64,000 nt of DNA. Source: Escherichia coli. GTDB taxonomy: Bacteria; Pseudomonadota; Gammaproteobacteria; Enterobacterales; Enterobacteriaceae. Shown in pieces: positions 1 to 10,020 of this stretch. Both the position numbers and the translations under genes were made by a program. Location: assembly GCF_024223415.1 (NCBI RefSeq), contig NZ_CP100500.1, one strand, 5' to 3'. How positions within the stretch are numbered: position 1 is the first letter of the stretch; each line of letters starts with the position of its first letter. Below the pieces are notes generated by a model. It was not told the DNA's origin and did no database searches. It saw only the letters and a list, made by a program, of their open reading frames with translations.

Positions 1-1069
1 GACCCGAGCGCAGGAATAAAAACACCACCAGAATCACCAGCGCCACCGAGATAATCAGCGTTTGCTCGACTTCTTCCAGCGAGGCGCGAATGGTGGGGGA
101 GCGATCCTGGGCAATTTGCAGATCAATCGCCGCCGGAATGGTTTCCTGCAACTCCGGTAATTTTGCCCGGATGCTGTCAACCGTCTGGATAATATTGGCT
201 TCCGGCAGTTTGCGGATCATCAGTAAAATAGCCGGTTTGGCGTTGGTCATCCCGGCGTTGCGCACATCCTGCACTGAGTCGGTCACCGTCGCCACATCGC
301 CCAGACGAACCGCGCCGCCGTTGTTGTAGTGAATAATCAACGGCTGATATTCAGCGGCGGTTTTTAGCTCATCATTGGTCTGGATCTGCCAGCGGTGAGT
401 GCCATCTTCCAGCGCGCCCTGCGGTTTACGCACGTTGGCATTGCTGACGGCGGTGCGTACGTCGTCCAGCGACACGCCCTGATTAAACAGCGCCTGCGGA
501 TTCAGCCCGACGCGTACGGCGGGCAGTGAGCTGCCTCCGACATCGACATCACCAACACCGTCGATTTGCGAAATCGTCGGAGCCAGCTGCGTCGAGGCGA
601 AATCGTACAGTTCACCCTGCGAATAAGTATCGGACGTCAGCGTGAGGATCATAATTGGTGCATCCGACGGGTTCGCTTTGCGATAGGTCGGGCGGCTGGG
701 CATCCCACTGGGCAGCAAACTTTGTGCAGCGTTGATCGCCGCCTGCACATCACGCGCTGCGCCGTTGATATCCCGGTCAAAATCAAACTGCAAAATAATA
801 CGCGTGCTGCCGAGCGAACTGCTGGAGGTCATTTCACTGACTCCGGCAATGCGCCCAAGTGAGCGCTCCAGCGGCGTGGCAACGGAAGACGCCATTGTTT
901 CTGGTGACGCACCGGGCAGCGAGGCGCTGACCATAATCACCGGAAAATCGACCTGCGGCAGCGGGGCGACCGGCAGCATACGGAAGCCCAGTATGCCGCA
1001 CAGGGTAATGGCAACCGACAGTAAAATCGTCGCCACCGGACGGTAAATGAAGAGGGCAAAAAACTTCAC
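1..1069 (-). CDS. mdtC: RND multidrug efflux transporter MdtC, N-terminal part (gene continues past window start)
   Basis: Minus-strand reading from 1069 gives [14 protein letters not shown]..., a typical RND N-terminus; GTG start directly after the mdtB stop; mdtABC synteny. Confidence 0.8.
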   Translation of the reverse strand, partial: MKFFALFIYRPVATILLSVAITLCGILGFRMLPVAPLPQVDFPVIMVSASLPGASPETMASSVATPLERSLGRIAGVSEMTSSSSLGSTRIILQFDFDRDINGAARDVQAAINAAQSLLPSGMPSRPTYRKANPSDAPIMILTLTSDTYSQGELYDFASTQLAPTISQIDGVGDVDVGGSSLPAVRVGLNPQALFNQGVSLDDVRTAVSNANVRKPQGALEDGTHRWQIQTNDELKTAAEYQPLIIHYNNGGAVRLGDVATVTDSVQDVRNAGMTNAKPAILLMIRKLPEANIIQTVDSIRAKLPELQETIPAAIDLQIAQDRSPTIRASLEEVEQTLIISVALVILVVFLFLRSG

Positions 1070-4000
1070 TTACGCCTCCTCTTCATGACGGGCAAAGCGG
1101 CTTTTGGTCCACAATGCCAGGCGGTCGAACAGCAGATAAATCACCGGCGTGGTGAACAGCGTCAGCACCTGGCTGACAATCAGGCCGCCGACCATGCCGA
1201 TACCTAACGGACGACGCAGTTCCGCGCCGACCCCGGTACTCAACATCAGCGGCAGCGCGCCAAGCAGAGCCGCCAGGGTGGTCATCAGGATCGGACGAAA
1301 ACGCAACAGACAAGCCTGGTAGATTGCCTCGCGCGGCGACATGCCTTGCTCGCGCTCGGCAGCCAGCGCGAAGTCGATCATCATGATGGCGTTCTTCTTC
1401 ACGATACCGATCAGCAAAATAATGCCGATAATCGCAATCACATCCAGTTCGCTACCAGCAATCAGCAACGCCAGCAGTGCGCCAACCCCTGCGGTGGGTA
1501 GCGTCGAGAGAATGGTGATCGGGTGAATAAAGCTCTCGTACAGAATGCCGAGCACGATATACATCGCCACCACCGCCGCGACAATCAGCCAGACAGTGCT
1601 GCCCAGCGCCGACTGGAAGGCGAGGGTGCTGCCCTGGAACTGCGTGGTGATATCCACCGGCAGATTCAGCGTCTTTTCGGTGTCCATAATCGCCTGCACC
1701 GCATCGCCCAGCGAATAGTTATCCGGCACGTTAAAGGAGATGGTCGTTACCGGGAACTGATCCAGATGGTTGATGGAGAGCGGCGCAAAACGCTGCTCAA
1801 TTTTGGCAATTGAGCTTAGCGGCACCACGCCGCCGTCGCTGCTGGTCAGGCGAATGGTATCCAGCGCCGCGAGGCCTGGGGTATTTTCGGTGTTGTGCTC
1901 CAGCACCACGCGATACTGGTTGGCCTGAGTATAAATAGTGGAAATCAGCCGCTGACCAAACGCGTTGTACAGGGCGTTATCGACATCCGCCATGCTGATC
2001 CCCAGACGGCTGGCGCTGTCGCGATCAACATTGACATACGCCACCAGCCCTTTGTCCTGCCAGTCGCTGGAGACATCAGAAAGCTGTGGCAGTTGCTGGA
2101 GTTTTTCCATCAACTGTGGCACCCAGGTACTGAGCGCATCCAGTGACGTGGCCTGCAAGGTAAACTGGTACTGGGTGCGGCTGACCTGAGTATCAATAGT
2201 CAGATCCTGCGTTGGTTGCAGGAAGAGATCGACGCCCGGCACTTTATCTACCGCCGTTTGCAGACGGGCGATGACTTTTTGCACCCGATCATCACGTTCA
2301 TCCAACGGTTTGAGGTTGATTTGTAAACGTGCACTGTTCAGCGACGGGTTAGTGCCATCAACGCCAACAAATGAGGTCAGGCTTTGCACTGCCGGATCCT
2401 GCAAAATCACGTCCGCGACCTGGCGTTGTCGCTGGGCCATATTGGCAAAGGAGCTGGATTGCGGTGCCTGCAAAGTGCCCTGAATAATGCCATTGTCCTG
2501 TACCGGGAAGAAACCTTTCGGAATGAACACCCACAGCAGCACGCTAAGCAGCAGCGTGCTGAGTGCCACGCTTAAGGTCAGCCACGGATGATTCAGCACT
2601 TTCGCCAGTCCACGACCATAGGCGGCGATTATCCTGTCGAACATTTTTTCCGAGGCACGGGAGAAGCGGTTCTGTTTACGCAACGACTCCTGGCTGAGCA
2701 TCCGCGCGCACATCATCGGTGTCAGGGTCAGCGACACCACCGCTGAGATCAAAATCGCTACCGCCAGGGTAATAGCAAATTCGCGGAACAGTCGCCCGAC
2801 GATATCGCCCATAAACAGCAGTGGGATCAACACCGCAATCAGCGAGAAGGTCAGCGAGATAATGGTAAAGCCGATTTCACCTGCGCCCTTGAGCGCCGCC
2901 GCCAACGGTTTTTCGCCTTTTTCGATATAGCGGGAAATGTTTTCGATCACTACGATGGCGTCATCGACCACGAATCCGGTGGCGATAGTTAACGCCATCA
3001 GTGTCAGGTTATTGATTGAAAAATCGAGAAACACCATAACCGCAAAAGTGCCGATTAACGACAGCGGTACAGCAACACCGGGAATGATGGTCGCCGGAAT
3101 ATTGCGCAAAAACAGGTAGATAATCATGACTACCAGCGCGATAGCCATCATCAATTCAAACTGAGTATCATCGACGGATGCGCGGATATTGGTGGTGCGA
3201 TCGGAAAGCACTGTCACCTTCACCGATTTCGGCAGACTCTCAGTGAGCTGTGGCAGCATCTGCCGAATGCTGTCGGCGGTGGAGATAATGTTAGCACCGG
3301 GCTGGCGCTGAACATTCATCACAATGGCCTGTTCTTTGTTCGCCCACGCGCCGAGCCAGCTGTTTTCTGCACCTTGCTCTACAGTTGCGACATCGCCCAG
3401 ACGAATTGGCGCGCCGTTCTGGTAGGCGATGATTAGCTGGCGATACTCTTCGGCGGATTGCATCTGGTCGTTCGCGGAAAGCGTGACCGCACGGGAAGGG
3501 CCGTCGAGGCTACCTTTTGCCGAGTTAACGTTAGCGCCGGTAATGGCGGTGCGCACGGTTTCGCTGGTCAGGCCGAGGGCGGCAATCGCCTGAGCGTTAA
3601 GTTTGACGCGAACAGCCGGACGCTGACCGCCGGAAAGCGTCACCAGGCCGACGCCGGAAATCTGCGAGATTTTCTGCGCGACGCGGGTTTCCACCATATC
3701 TTCCACTTGCGTCATCGGCATGGCGGTTGAGGTGACGGCGAGCGTCATGATCGGCGGATCTGCCGGGTTCACTTTGCTGTAAACCGGCGGGTTAGGCAGA
3801 TCGCTCGGTAGCAGGTTAGTGGCGGCGTTAATCGCGGCCTGCACTTCCTGCTCGGCGACATCGAGCGGTAATGTTAGCTGGAACTGTAAGGTGATAACTG
3901 ACGCACCGCCGGAACTTTGCGACGACATCTGTTTCAGGCCAGACATCTGCCCGAACTGGCGCTCGAGCGGCGCGGTAACGGCAGAGGTCATGACATCCGG

Positions 4001-4192
4001 GCTTGCACCTGGGTAAAGCGTGACTACCTGAATGGTCGGATAGTCCACTTCCGGCAGCGCCGAAACGGGCAGGGCGCGATAACCGATAATCCCGGCGAGT
4101 AAGATCGCCACCATCAGCAGCGTGGTGGCGACAGGACGCATAATAAACAGGCGAGACGGGCCGCCTGTGCTGCTCGGGGGTAACACCTGCAT
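1070..4192 (-). CDS. mdtB: RND multidrug efflux transporter MdtB
   Basis: 1040-aa [30 protein letters not shown]... with RND permease architecture; length matches MdtB. Confidence 0.95.
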
Positions 4193-5439
4193 CAGGAGCG
4201 TGCTCCTTTTTTCGCGTATTCGCGGCTGGTGGCTTTCTCTTCTGGAGTGGTGGCGCTCTGGGCTTCCACCACTTCCACTTTCGCCCCTTCGGTCAGGCGA
4301 TCAATGCCGTCTGTCACCACGCGATCGCCCGCAGAAATACCTGCACGGATCACCACTTTCTGACTGTCCTGAATGCCCGGCGTCACCAGATGTTTGCTGA
4401 CCTTGTTTTCACTATTCAGCACCCAGACAAAATGGCCTTCATTGCCCATTTGCAGGGCGGCTGATGGGATCACTACGGCGTTTTGTTCGGTGTCGACTAA
4501 CATGCGCGCGTTAACAAACTGATTGGGAAACAGCGCATCATCCTGATTATTAAAGCGTGCTTTCACTTTAATCGTACCGGTTGTGGCATCGATTTGGTTA
4601 TCGAGACTTAACAGCGTGCCTTCACTTAATTTCTTCGAGTTGGTGCGATCCCAGGCTTCTACCACCAGCGGTTTTCCGGCTTTCTGCGCCTGCACTACGG
4701 TAGCGATATCGCTTTCCGGCAGGGTAAAGACTAAATCGATAGGATGCGTCTGGGTGATCACCACGATCCCGGTGGTATCACCACTGGAGATTTGGTTACC
4801 AACATCAACCTGCTTGAGACCAACGCGACCATCGACTGGTGCGGTAATCCGGCTCCAGTCGAGTTGCAGCTGCGCGCTGGCAACGCTTGCTTCATCAGCC
4901 TTAATGGTGCCTTCGGTTTCACTGACCAGCGCCTGTTGGGCATCCAGCTCCTGGCGGGAAACGAGATTGGTTTTTGCCAGTTGTTGATAACGCGCCAGGT
5001 CACGGCGGGCGTTGGCAAGCGTGGCTTTATCTTTTGCCAGTTGGCCCTGGGCTTGTGCTAATGCAACTTTGAACTGGCTGGGGTCAATTTCTGCCAGTAA
5101 ATCGCCTGCTTTGACCTGCTGGCCTTCCTGGAAATGTAACGCTATCAGTTGGCCGTCCACGCGGCTGCGCACCGTAACGGTATTAGCGGCGGTAATGGTG
5201 CCAAGCCCGGTGAGGTAACGCGGAACTGCCTGTTCTACGGCGGTCGCCGCCTGAACCGGGGCTAATGGGCCGGAACGCATACCACGGCGACCACCCGCTG
5301 GCGATTGCTGCGCTTGTTTCGTCGCCCCTGGGGCTGCACTCCGGGAGTCATTGCGGCCTTGCCAGAACCAGAATGCGGCGATGGCGGCGATAACCACCAC
5401 GATTACGATTACCCAACGGGATTTATAACTGCCTTTCAT
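4192..5439 (-). CDS. mdtA: Efflux membrane fusion protein MdtA
   Basis: ORF track 4192..5586; start trimmed to the ATG giving [16 protein letters not shown]... (415 aa), HlyD-like periplasmic adaptor; stop overlaps the mdtB start. Confidence 0.9.
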   Translation of the reverse strand: MKGSYKSRWVIVIVVVIAAIAAFWFWQGRNDSRSAAPGATKQAQQSPAGGRRGMRSGPLAPVQAATAVEQAVPRYLTGLGTITAANTVTVRSRVDGQLIALHFQEGQQVKAGDLLAEIDPSQFKVALAQAQGQLAKDKATLANARRDLARYQQLAKTNLVSRQELDAQQALVSETEGTIKADEASVASAQLQLDWSRITAPVDGRVGLKQVDVGNQISSGDTTGIVVITQTHPIDLVFTLPESDIATVVQAQKAGKPLVVEAWDRTNSKKLSEGTLLSLDNQIDATTGTIKVKARFNNQDDALFPNQFVNARMLVDTEQNAVVIPSAALQMGNEGHFVWVLNSENKVSKHLVTPGIQDSQKVVIRAGISAGDRVVTDGIDRLTEGAKVEVVEAQSATTPEEKATSREYAKKGARS

Positions 5440-5689
5440 CGTTAAGAGTTTCTCTTCCTGAAACGTTTCGCGGAATGATACTAGTGTAGCCAGCCAATAA
5501 GGGAGAAAAATGGAGGAATTATGAAACACTATCGGGAATCGTCTGAATGGCGGGCACATTTGCGAGCACGCATCCAGTAATAACACAGGAAACTATTTTA
5601 TCTACGCGTTAGCGATAGACTGCATACAGGGCGAAAGGAGGTAAGCCGCAGATTTCAGCCGGATGCTGAAACGGGAAAGCCCCTCCCGA

Positions 5690-5835
5690 GGAAGGGGCCT
5701 TAAATAAGGAAAGGGTCATGATGAAGCTACTCATCATCGTGGTGCTCTTAGTGATTAGCTACCCAGCATACTAAGACTACCAGGGCGGGGGAAACCCCGC
5801 TCTACCCTCACTCCTGAAAGTATGCCTTCACGATA
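5690..5835 (-). ncRNA. sib: Sib antisense sRNA (antitoxin) of ibs copy 1; boundaries approximate
   Basis: Established architecture of ibs/sib loci: a ~140-nt antisense RNA spans the toxin ORF. Ends not determinable from sequence alone. Confidence 0.4.
5718..5774 (+). CDS. ibs: Ibs-family type I toxin peptide, copy 1 (MMKLLIIVVLLVISYPAY)
   Basis: 18-codon hydrophobic ORF with the MMK start typical of Ibs toxins; preceded by aggaaagg SD-like sequence. Confidence 0.75.
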   Translation: MMKLLIIVVLLVISYPAY

Positions 5836-6017
5836 AGATTGTCAATCCGCAGGATTTGCCGTCTGCGATCCTGCCAGCAAAAATTCTTTGCGAGACGTTA
5901 CGCAATAATCACACTGGAAACTATTTTATCTGCAAGTCAGCGATAGACTAAGTGCATGGCGAAAGGAGGTAAGCCGACGATTTCAGCGGGACGCTGAAAC
6001 GGGAAAGCCCCTCCCGA

Positions 6018-6163
6018 GGAAGGGGCCTTAAATAAGGAAAGGGTCATGATGAAGCTACTCATCATCGTGGTGCTCTTAGTCATAAGCTTCCCCGCTTACT
6101 AAGACTACCAGGGCGGGGGAAACCCCGCTCTACCCTCACTCCTGAAAGTATGCCTTCACGATA
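6018..6163 (-). ncRNA. sib: Sib antisense sRNA of ibs copy 2; boundaries approximate
   Basis: Same repeat unit as copy 1. Confidence 0.4.
6046..6102 (+). CDS. ibs: Ibs-family type I toxin peptide, copy 2 (MMKLLIIVVLLVISFPAY)
   Basis: 18-codon ORF; sequence as I recall IbsB. Confidence 0.8.
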   Translation: MMKLLIIVVLLVISFPAY

Positions 6164-6347
6164 AGATTGTCAATCCGCAGGCTTTGTAGTCTGCGATCCT
6201 GCCAGCAAATATTCTTTGCGAGTCGTTACGCAATAATCACAGAGGAAACTATTTTATTCACGCGTTAGCGATAGCCTGCATTCAGGGCGAAAGGAGGTAA
6301 GCCGATGATTTCAGCGGGACGCTGAAACGGGAAAGCCTCTCCCGGAG

Positions 6348-6495
6348 AAGAGGGCTTTTAATAAGGAAAGGGTTATGATGAAGCACGTCATCATACTGGT
6401 GATACTCTTAGTGATTAGCTTCCAGGCTTACTAAGAACACCAGGGGGAGGGGGAAACCTCTCCCTAACCCTCACTCCTGAAATTATGTCACTCCG
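6348..6495 (-). ncRNA. sib: Sib antisense sRNA of ibs copy 3; boundaries approximate
   Basis: Same repeat unit as copy 1. Confidence 0.4.
6375..6434 (+). CDS. ibs: Ibs-family type I toxin peptide, copy 3 (MMKHVIILVILLVISFQAY)
   Basis: 19-codon ORF, IbsA-like. Confidence 0.8.
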   Translation: MMKHVIILVILLVISFQAY

Positions 6496-6654
6496 CCCTT
6501 AGTGTCAATCGACGGCTCTCCGTTCTTGCGAGGCGAATAGCAAAATTTTCTGCGCCGCCGGGCCTAATTCTGAAAGTTTCTTCGTTTGCTCTTATTTCAT
6601 TATTGCAGTCGGTATGATACCGGACCTCAATAATTCTCTAAGAAAGGATTTCTT

Positions 6655-7314
6655 ATGAGCGAACAAATCACGTTTGCCACCAGCGATTTTGCCAGTAACC
6701 CGGAACCACGTTGCCCCTGCATTTTGCTGCTGGATGTTTCTAGCTCGATGAGCGGCAGACCCATTAATGAACTTAACGCCGGATTGGTTACCTTTCGCGA
6801 TGAGCTGCTTGCCGATTCGCTGGCCTTAAAAAGAGTGGAACTCGGTATTGTGACGTTCGGCCCGGTGCATGTGGAACAACCCTTTACCAGCGCCGCTAAC
6901 TTTTTCCCGCCCATCCTGTTTGCCCAGGGGGATACGCCAATGGGGGCCGCCATTACCAAAGCCCTGGATATGGTTGAAGAGAGGAAACGTGAGTACCGCG
7001 CAAATGGTATTTCGTATTATCGCCCGTGGATTTTCCTGATCACCGATGGCGCTCCAACCGATGAGTGGCAGGCTGCCGCCAACAAAGTGTTTCAGGGGGA
7101 AGAAGATAAGAAATTTGCCTTCTTTTCCATCGCTGTTCAGGGGGCGGATATGAAGACGCTGGCACAAATCAGCGTTCGTCAGCCTTTGCCTCTGCAAGGA
7201 TTACAATTCCGTGAACTGTTTAGCTGGTTATCCAGTTCGCTGCGTTCGGTTTCCCGCTCCACGCCGGGAACGGAAGTTGTGCTGGAAGCGCCAAAAGGCT
7301 GGACGTCAGTGTGA
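6655..7314 (+). CDS. yegL: von Willebrand factor A (vWA) domain protein YegL
   Basis: 219 aa; [15 protein letters not shown] is a vWA MIDAS-like DxSxS motif; first gene of the triad. Confidence 0.9.
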   Translation: MSEQITFATSDFASNPEPRCPCILLLDVSSSMSGRPINELNAGLVTFRDELLADSLALKRVELGIVTFGPVHVEQPFTSAANFFPPILFAQGDTPMGAAITKALDMVEERKREYRANGISYYRPWIFLITDGAPTDEWQAAANKVFQGEEDKKFAFFSIAVQGADMKTLAQISVRQPLPLQGLQFRELFSWLSSSLRSVSRSTPGTEVVLEAPKGWTSV

Positions 7315-8072
7315 GCTGGCGTCTGGTTTATGCATCCGCTGTTGGAACGTCGCACATTAGCGCTGATTTACCTTGTCAGGATGCCTGCCAGATGCAGGTT
7401 GCCTGGTTAAACGATCAGCAACCATTACTGGTGATGTTTCTTGCTGATGGTGCAGGCAGCGTCTCGCAGGGTGGCGAAGGCGCGATGCTCGCCGTCAATG
7501 AAGCGATGGCTTATATGTCGCAAAAAGTGCAGGGTGGGGAATTGGGGCTTAATGATATCCTCGCCACGGATATTGTGCTGACTATTCGTCAGCGACTTTT
7601 TGCCGAGGCGGAAGCCAAAGAATTAGCAGTTCGCGATTTTGCCTGCACGTTTCTGGGATTGATTTCATCGGCTAATGGCACCTTGATTATGCAGATTGGC
7701 GATGGCGGCGTGGTGGTGGATTTTGGTCACGGTCTGCAATTGCCGCTTACGCCGATGGTGGGTGAATATGACAATATGACGCACTTCATTACCGATGAAG
7801 ATGCCGTTTCCAGACTGGAAACTTTCACCAGCACTGAGCGTGTGCATAAAGTTGCAGCATTTACGGATGGTATCCAGCGACTGGCGTTAAATATGCTGGA
7901 TAATTCTCCTCATGTACCTTTCTTTACCCCGTTTTTCAATGGACTGGCGTCAGCAACGCAGGAACAACTCGATTTATTACCTGAATTGTTAAAGCAGTTT
8001 TTGTCCAGCCCGGCGGTAAACGAGCGTACGGATGATGATAAAACGTTGGCACTGGCGCTGTGGTTACCATGA
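7311..8072 (+). CDS. pphC: PP2C-family Ser/Thr protein phosphatase PphC (YegK)
   Basis: 253 aa; GTG start overlaps the yegL stop (GTGA); PP2C-like features ([15 protein letters not shown]). Confidence 0.88.
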   Translation: MSWRLVYASAVGTSHISADLPCQDACQMQVAWLNDQQPLLVMFLADGAGSVSQGGEGAMLAVNEAMAYMSQKVQGGELGLNDILATDIVLTIRQRLFAEAEAKELAVRDFACTFLGLISSANGTLIMQIGDGGVVVDFGHGLQLPLTPMVGEYDNMTHFITDEDAVSRLETFTSTERVHKVAAFTDGIQRLALNMLDNSPHVPFFTPFFNGLASATQEQLDLLPELLKQFLSSPAVNERTDDDKTLALALWLP

Positions 8073-10009
8073 AACCCACTTTATATACTGCTACTGGTGA
8101 GTGCGTTACGCCAGGCCGTGAACTGGGCAAAGGCGGTGAAGGCGCGGTTTATGATATCAATGAGTTTGTCGATAGCGTCGCCAAGATTTATCACACGCCG
8201 CCACCCGCCTTAAAACAGGACAAACTTGCCTTTATGGCTGCGACAGCTGACGCGCAATTGTTGAATTATGTCGCCTGGCCGCAGGCAACGCTTCACGGTG
8301 GACGAGGCGGAAAAGTTATCGGTTTTATGATGCCAAAAGTTTCTGGTAAAGAACCGATTCATATGATCTATAGCCCGGCACATCGTCGTCAACGTTACCC
8401 TCATTGTGCGTGGGATTTTCTACTCTATGTTGCGCGCAATATTGCTTCATCTTTTGCTACGGTTCACGAGCACGGGCACGTCGTGGGTGACGTAAACCAG
8501 AACAGTTTTATGGTAGGTCGCGACAGCAAAGTGGTACTGATTGATAGCGACTCCTTTCAGATTAACGCCAATGGCACACTGCATTTATGCGAAGTCGGCG
8601 TGTCGCATTTTACGCCGCCAGAGCTACAAACCTTGTCGTCATTTGTCGGCTTTGAACGCACAGAAAATCACGATAATTTTGGCCTTGCGTTGCTGATTTT
8701 TCACGTCTTGTTTGGTGGCCGGCATCCTTATTCTGGTGTGCCGCTTATCTCTGATGCGGGTAATGCGCTGGAGACGGATATTACCCATTTCCGTTATGCC
8801 TACGCGTCAGATAATCAGCGACGTGGTTTAAAACCGCCGCCACGATCGATTCCGCTATCGATGTTACCGAGTGATGTTGAAGCCATGTTTCAGCAGGCAT
8901 TCACGGAAAGTGGCGTGGCAACCGGGCGTCCGACGGCTAAAGCGTGGGTAGCGGCACTTGATTCTCTGCGCCAACAGTTAAAGAAATGTCCCGTTTCGGC
9001 AATGCATGTTTATCCCGCTCATTTGACCGACTGCCCGTGGTGTGCGCTGGATAATCAAGGCGTTATCTATTTTATTGATCTCGGCGAAGAGGTCATTACC
9101 ACCGGCGGGGATTTTGTGCTGGCAAAAGTCTGGGCGATGGTGATGGCGTCAGTAGCACCGCCAGCATTGCAACTGCCATTACCCGATCATTTCCAACCGA
9201 CTGGCAGGCCGCTTCCTTTAGGCCTGTTACGGCGCGAATACATCATTCTGCTTGAGATCGCACTGTCAGCATTATCGCTGCTGCTTTGCGGCCTTCAGGC
9301 AGAACCGCGTTATATTATTTTGGTTCCTGTGCTGGCGGCTATCTGGATTATTGGCAGTCTGACAAGCAAAGCGTACAAAGCAGAAGTTCAGCAACGCCGT
9401 GAGGCATTTAATCGTGCGAAAATGGACTATGACCATTTAGTCCGCCAGATCCAGCAGGTAGGCGGCCTGGAAGGTTTTATCGCCAAACGGACGATGCTCG
9501 AAAAAATGAAGGACGAAATTCTCGGGTTACCGGAAGAAGAGAAACGCGCTCTGGCAGCACTTCATGACACTGCAAGGGAACGGCAGAAGCAGAAGTTTCT
9601 GGAGGGATTTTTTATTGATGTTGCCTCTATTCCCGGCGTTGGCCCTGCGCGTAAAGCGGCGTTACGGTCTTTTGGTATTGAAACAGCCGCAGATGTTACC
9701 CGTCGTGGCGTTAAGCAAGTGAAAGGGTTTGGCGACCATCTGACCCAGGCGGTTATCGACTGGAAAGCGAGCTGTGAACGCCGTTTTGTGTTCAGGCCGA
9801 ATGAAGCGATAACGCCAGCAGACAGACAAGCGGTAATGGCGAAAATGACCGCCAAACGACATCGGCTGGAATCGACGTTGACTGTCGGCGCGACAGAGTT
9901 GCAGCGATTCCGCCTTCATGCTCCAGCACGGACCATGCCGTTGATGGAACCTTTACGTCAGGCGGCAGAAAAACTGGCTCAGGCGCAGGCAGATTTAAGC
10001 CGCTGCTGA
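8069..10009 (+). CDS. yegI: Ser/Thr protein kinase-like membrane protein YegI
   Basis: ORF track starts at GTG 8060; the ATG at 8069 overlaps the pphC stop (ATGA). Kinase-like N-terminal region, hydrophobic segment near residues 390-430, C-terminal helix-hairpin-helix motif (IPGVGPARKAALRSFGI). Confidence 0.85.
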   Translation: MKPTLYTATGECVTPGRELGKGGEGAVYDINEFVDSVAKIYHTPPPALKQDKLAFMAATADAQLLNYVAWPQATLHGGRGGKVIGFMMPKVSGKEPIHMIYSPAHRRQRYPHCAWDFLLYVARNIASSFATVHEHGHVVGDVNQNSFMVGRDSKVVLIDSDSFQINANGTLHLCEVGVSHFTPPELQTLSSFVGFERTENHDNFGLALLIFHVLFGGRHPYSGVPLISDAGNALETDITHFRYAYASDNQRRGLKPPPRSIPLSMLPSDVEAMFQQAFTESGVATGRPTAKAWVAALDSLRQQLKKCPVSAMHVYPAHLTDCPWCALDNQGVIYFIDLGEEVITTGGDFVLAKVWAMVMASVAPPALQLPLPDHFQPTGRPLPLGLLRREYIILLEIALSALSLLLCGLQAEPRYIILVPVLAAIWIIGSLTSKAYKAEVQQRREAFNRAKMDYDHLVRQIQQVGGLEGFIAKRTMLEKMKDEILGLPEEEKRALAALHDTARERQKQKFLEGFFIDVASIPGVGPARKAALRSFGIETAADVTRRGVKQVKGFGDHLTQAVIDWKASCERRFVFRPNEAITPADRQAVMAKMTAKRHRLESTLTVGATELQRFRLHAPARTMPLMEPLRQAAEKLAQAQADLSRC

Positions 10010-10020
10010 GCCATTTTCTT

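Larger units (their letters stand above)
5581..6560. repeat. Three tandem ~327-bp direct repeats, each carrying an ibs toxin ORF and its antisense sib region
   Basis: Near-identical units start around 5581, 5905 and 6233; each has the hairpins ttcagc-N-gctgaa and gcccctcccgaggaaggggc followed by atgatgaag... Confidence 0.85.

Noticed and set aside
1067-1069. Non-ATG (GTG) start for mdtC as a possible annotation problem or mutation
   Set aside because: GTG starts are common, and the reading frame continues into a typical RND N-terminus directly after the mdtB stop; no evidence of disruption.
1083-5218. Numerous 60-130 codon ORFs on the plus strand and in alternate frames inside mdtB and mdtA
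   Set aside because: They lie entirely within long, well-supported RND and MFP coding sequences on the opposite strand or another frame; typical antisense ORFs of GC-rich genes.
5581-6560. Possible CRISPR array suggested by regularly spaced repeats
   Set aside because: The repeat unit is about 327 bp, not 28-37 bp, each unit carries an Ibs toxin ORF with hairpins, and no cas genes are nearby; this is a tandem ibs/sib locus.
6627-7197. Minus-strand ORFs (110 and 123 codons) overlapping yegL
   Set aside because: Antisense to a well-supported vWA gene; no RBS or recognisable domain.
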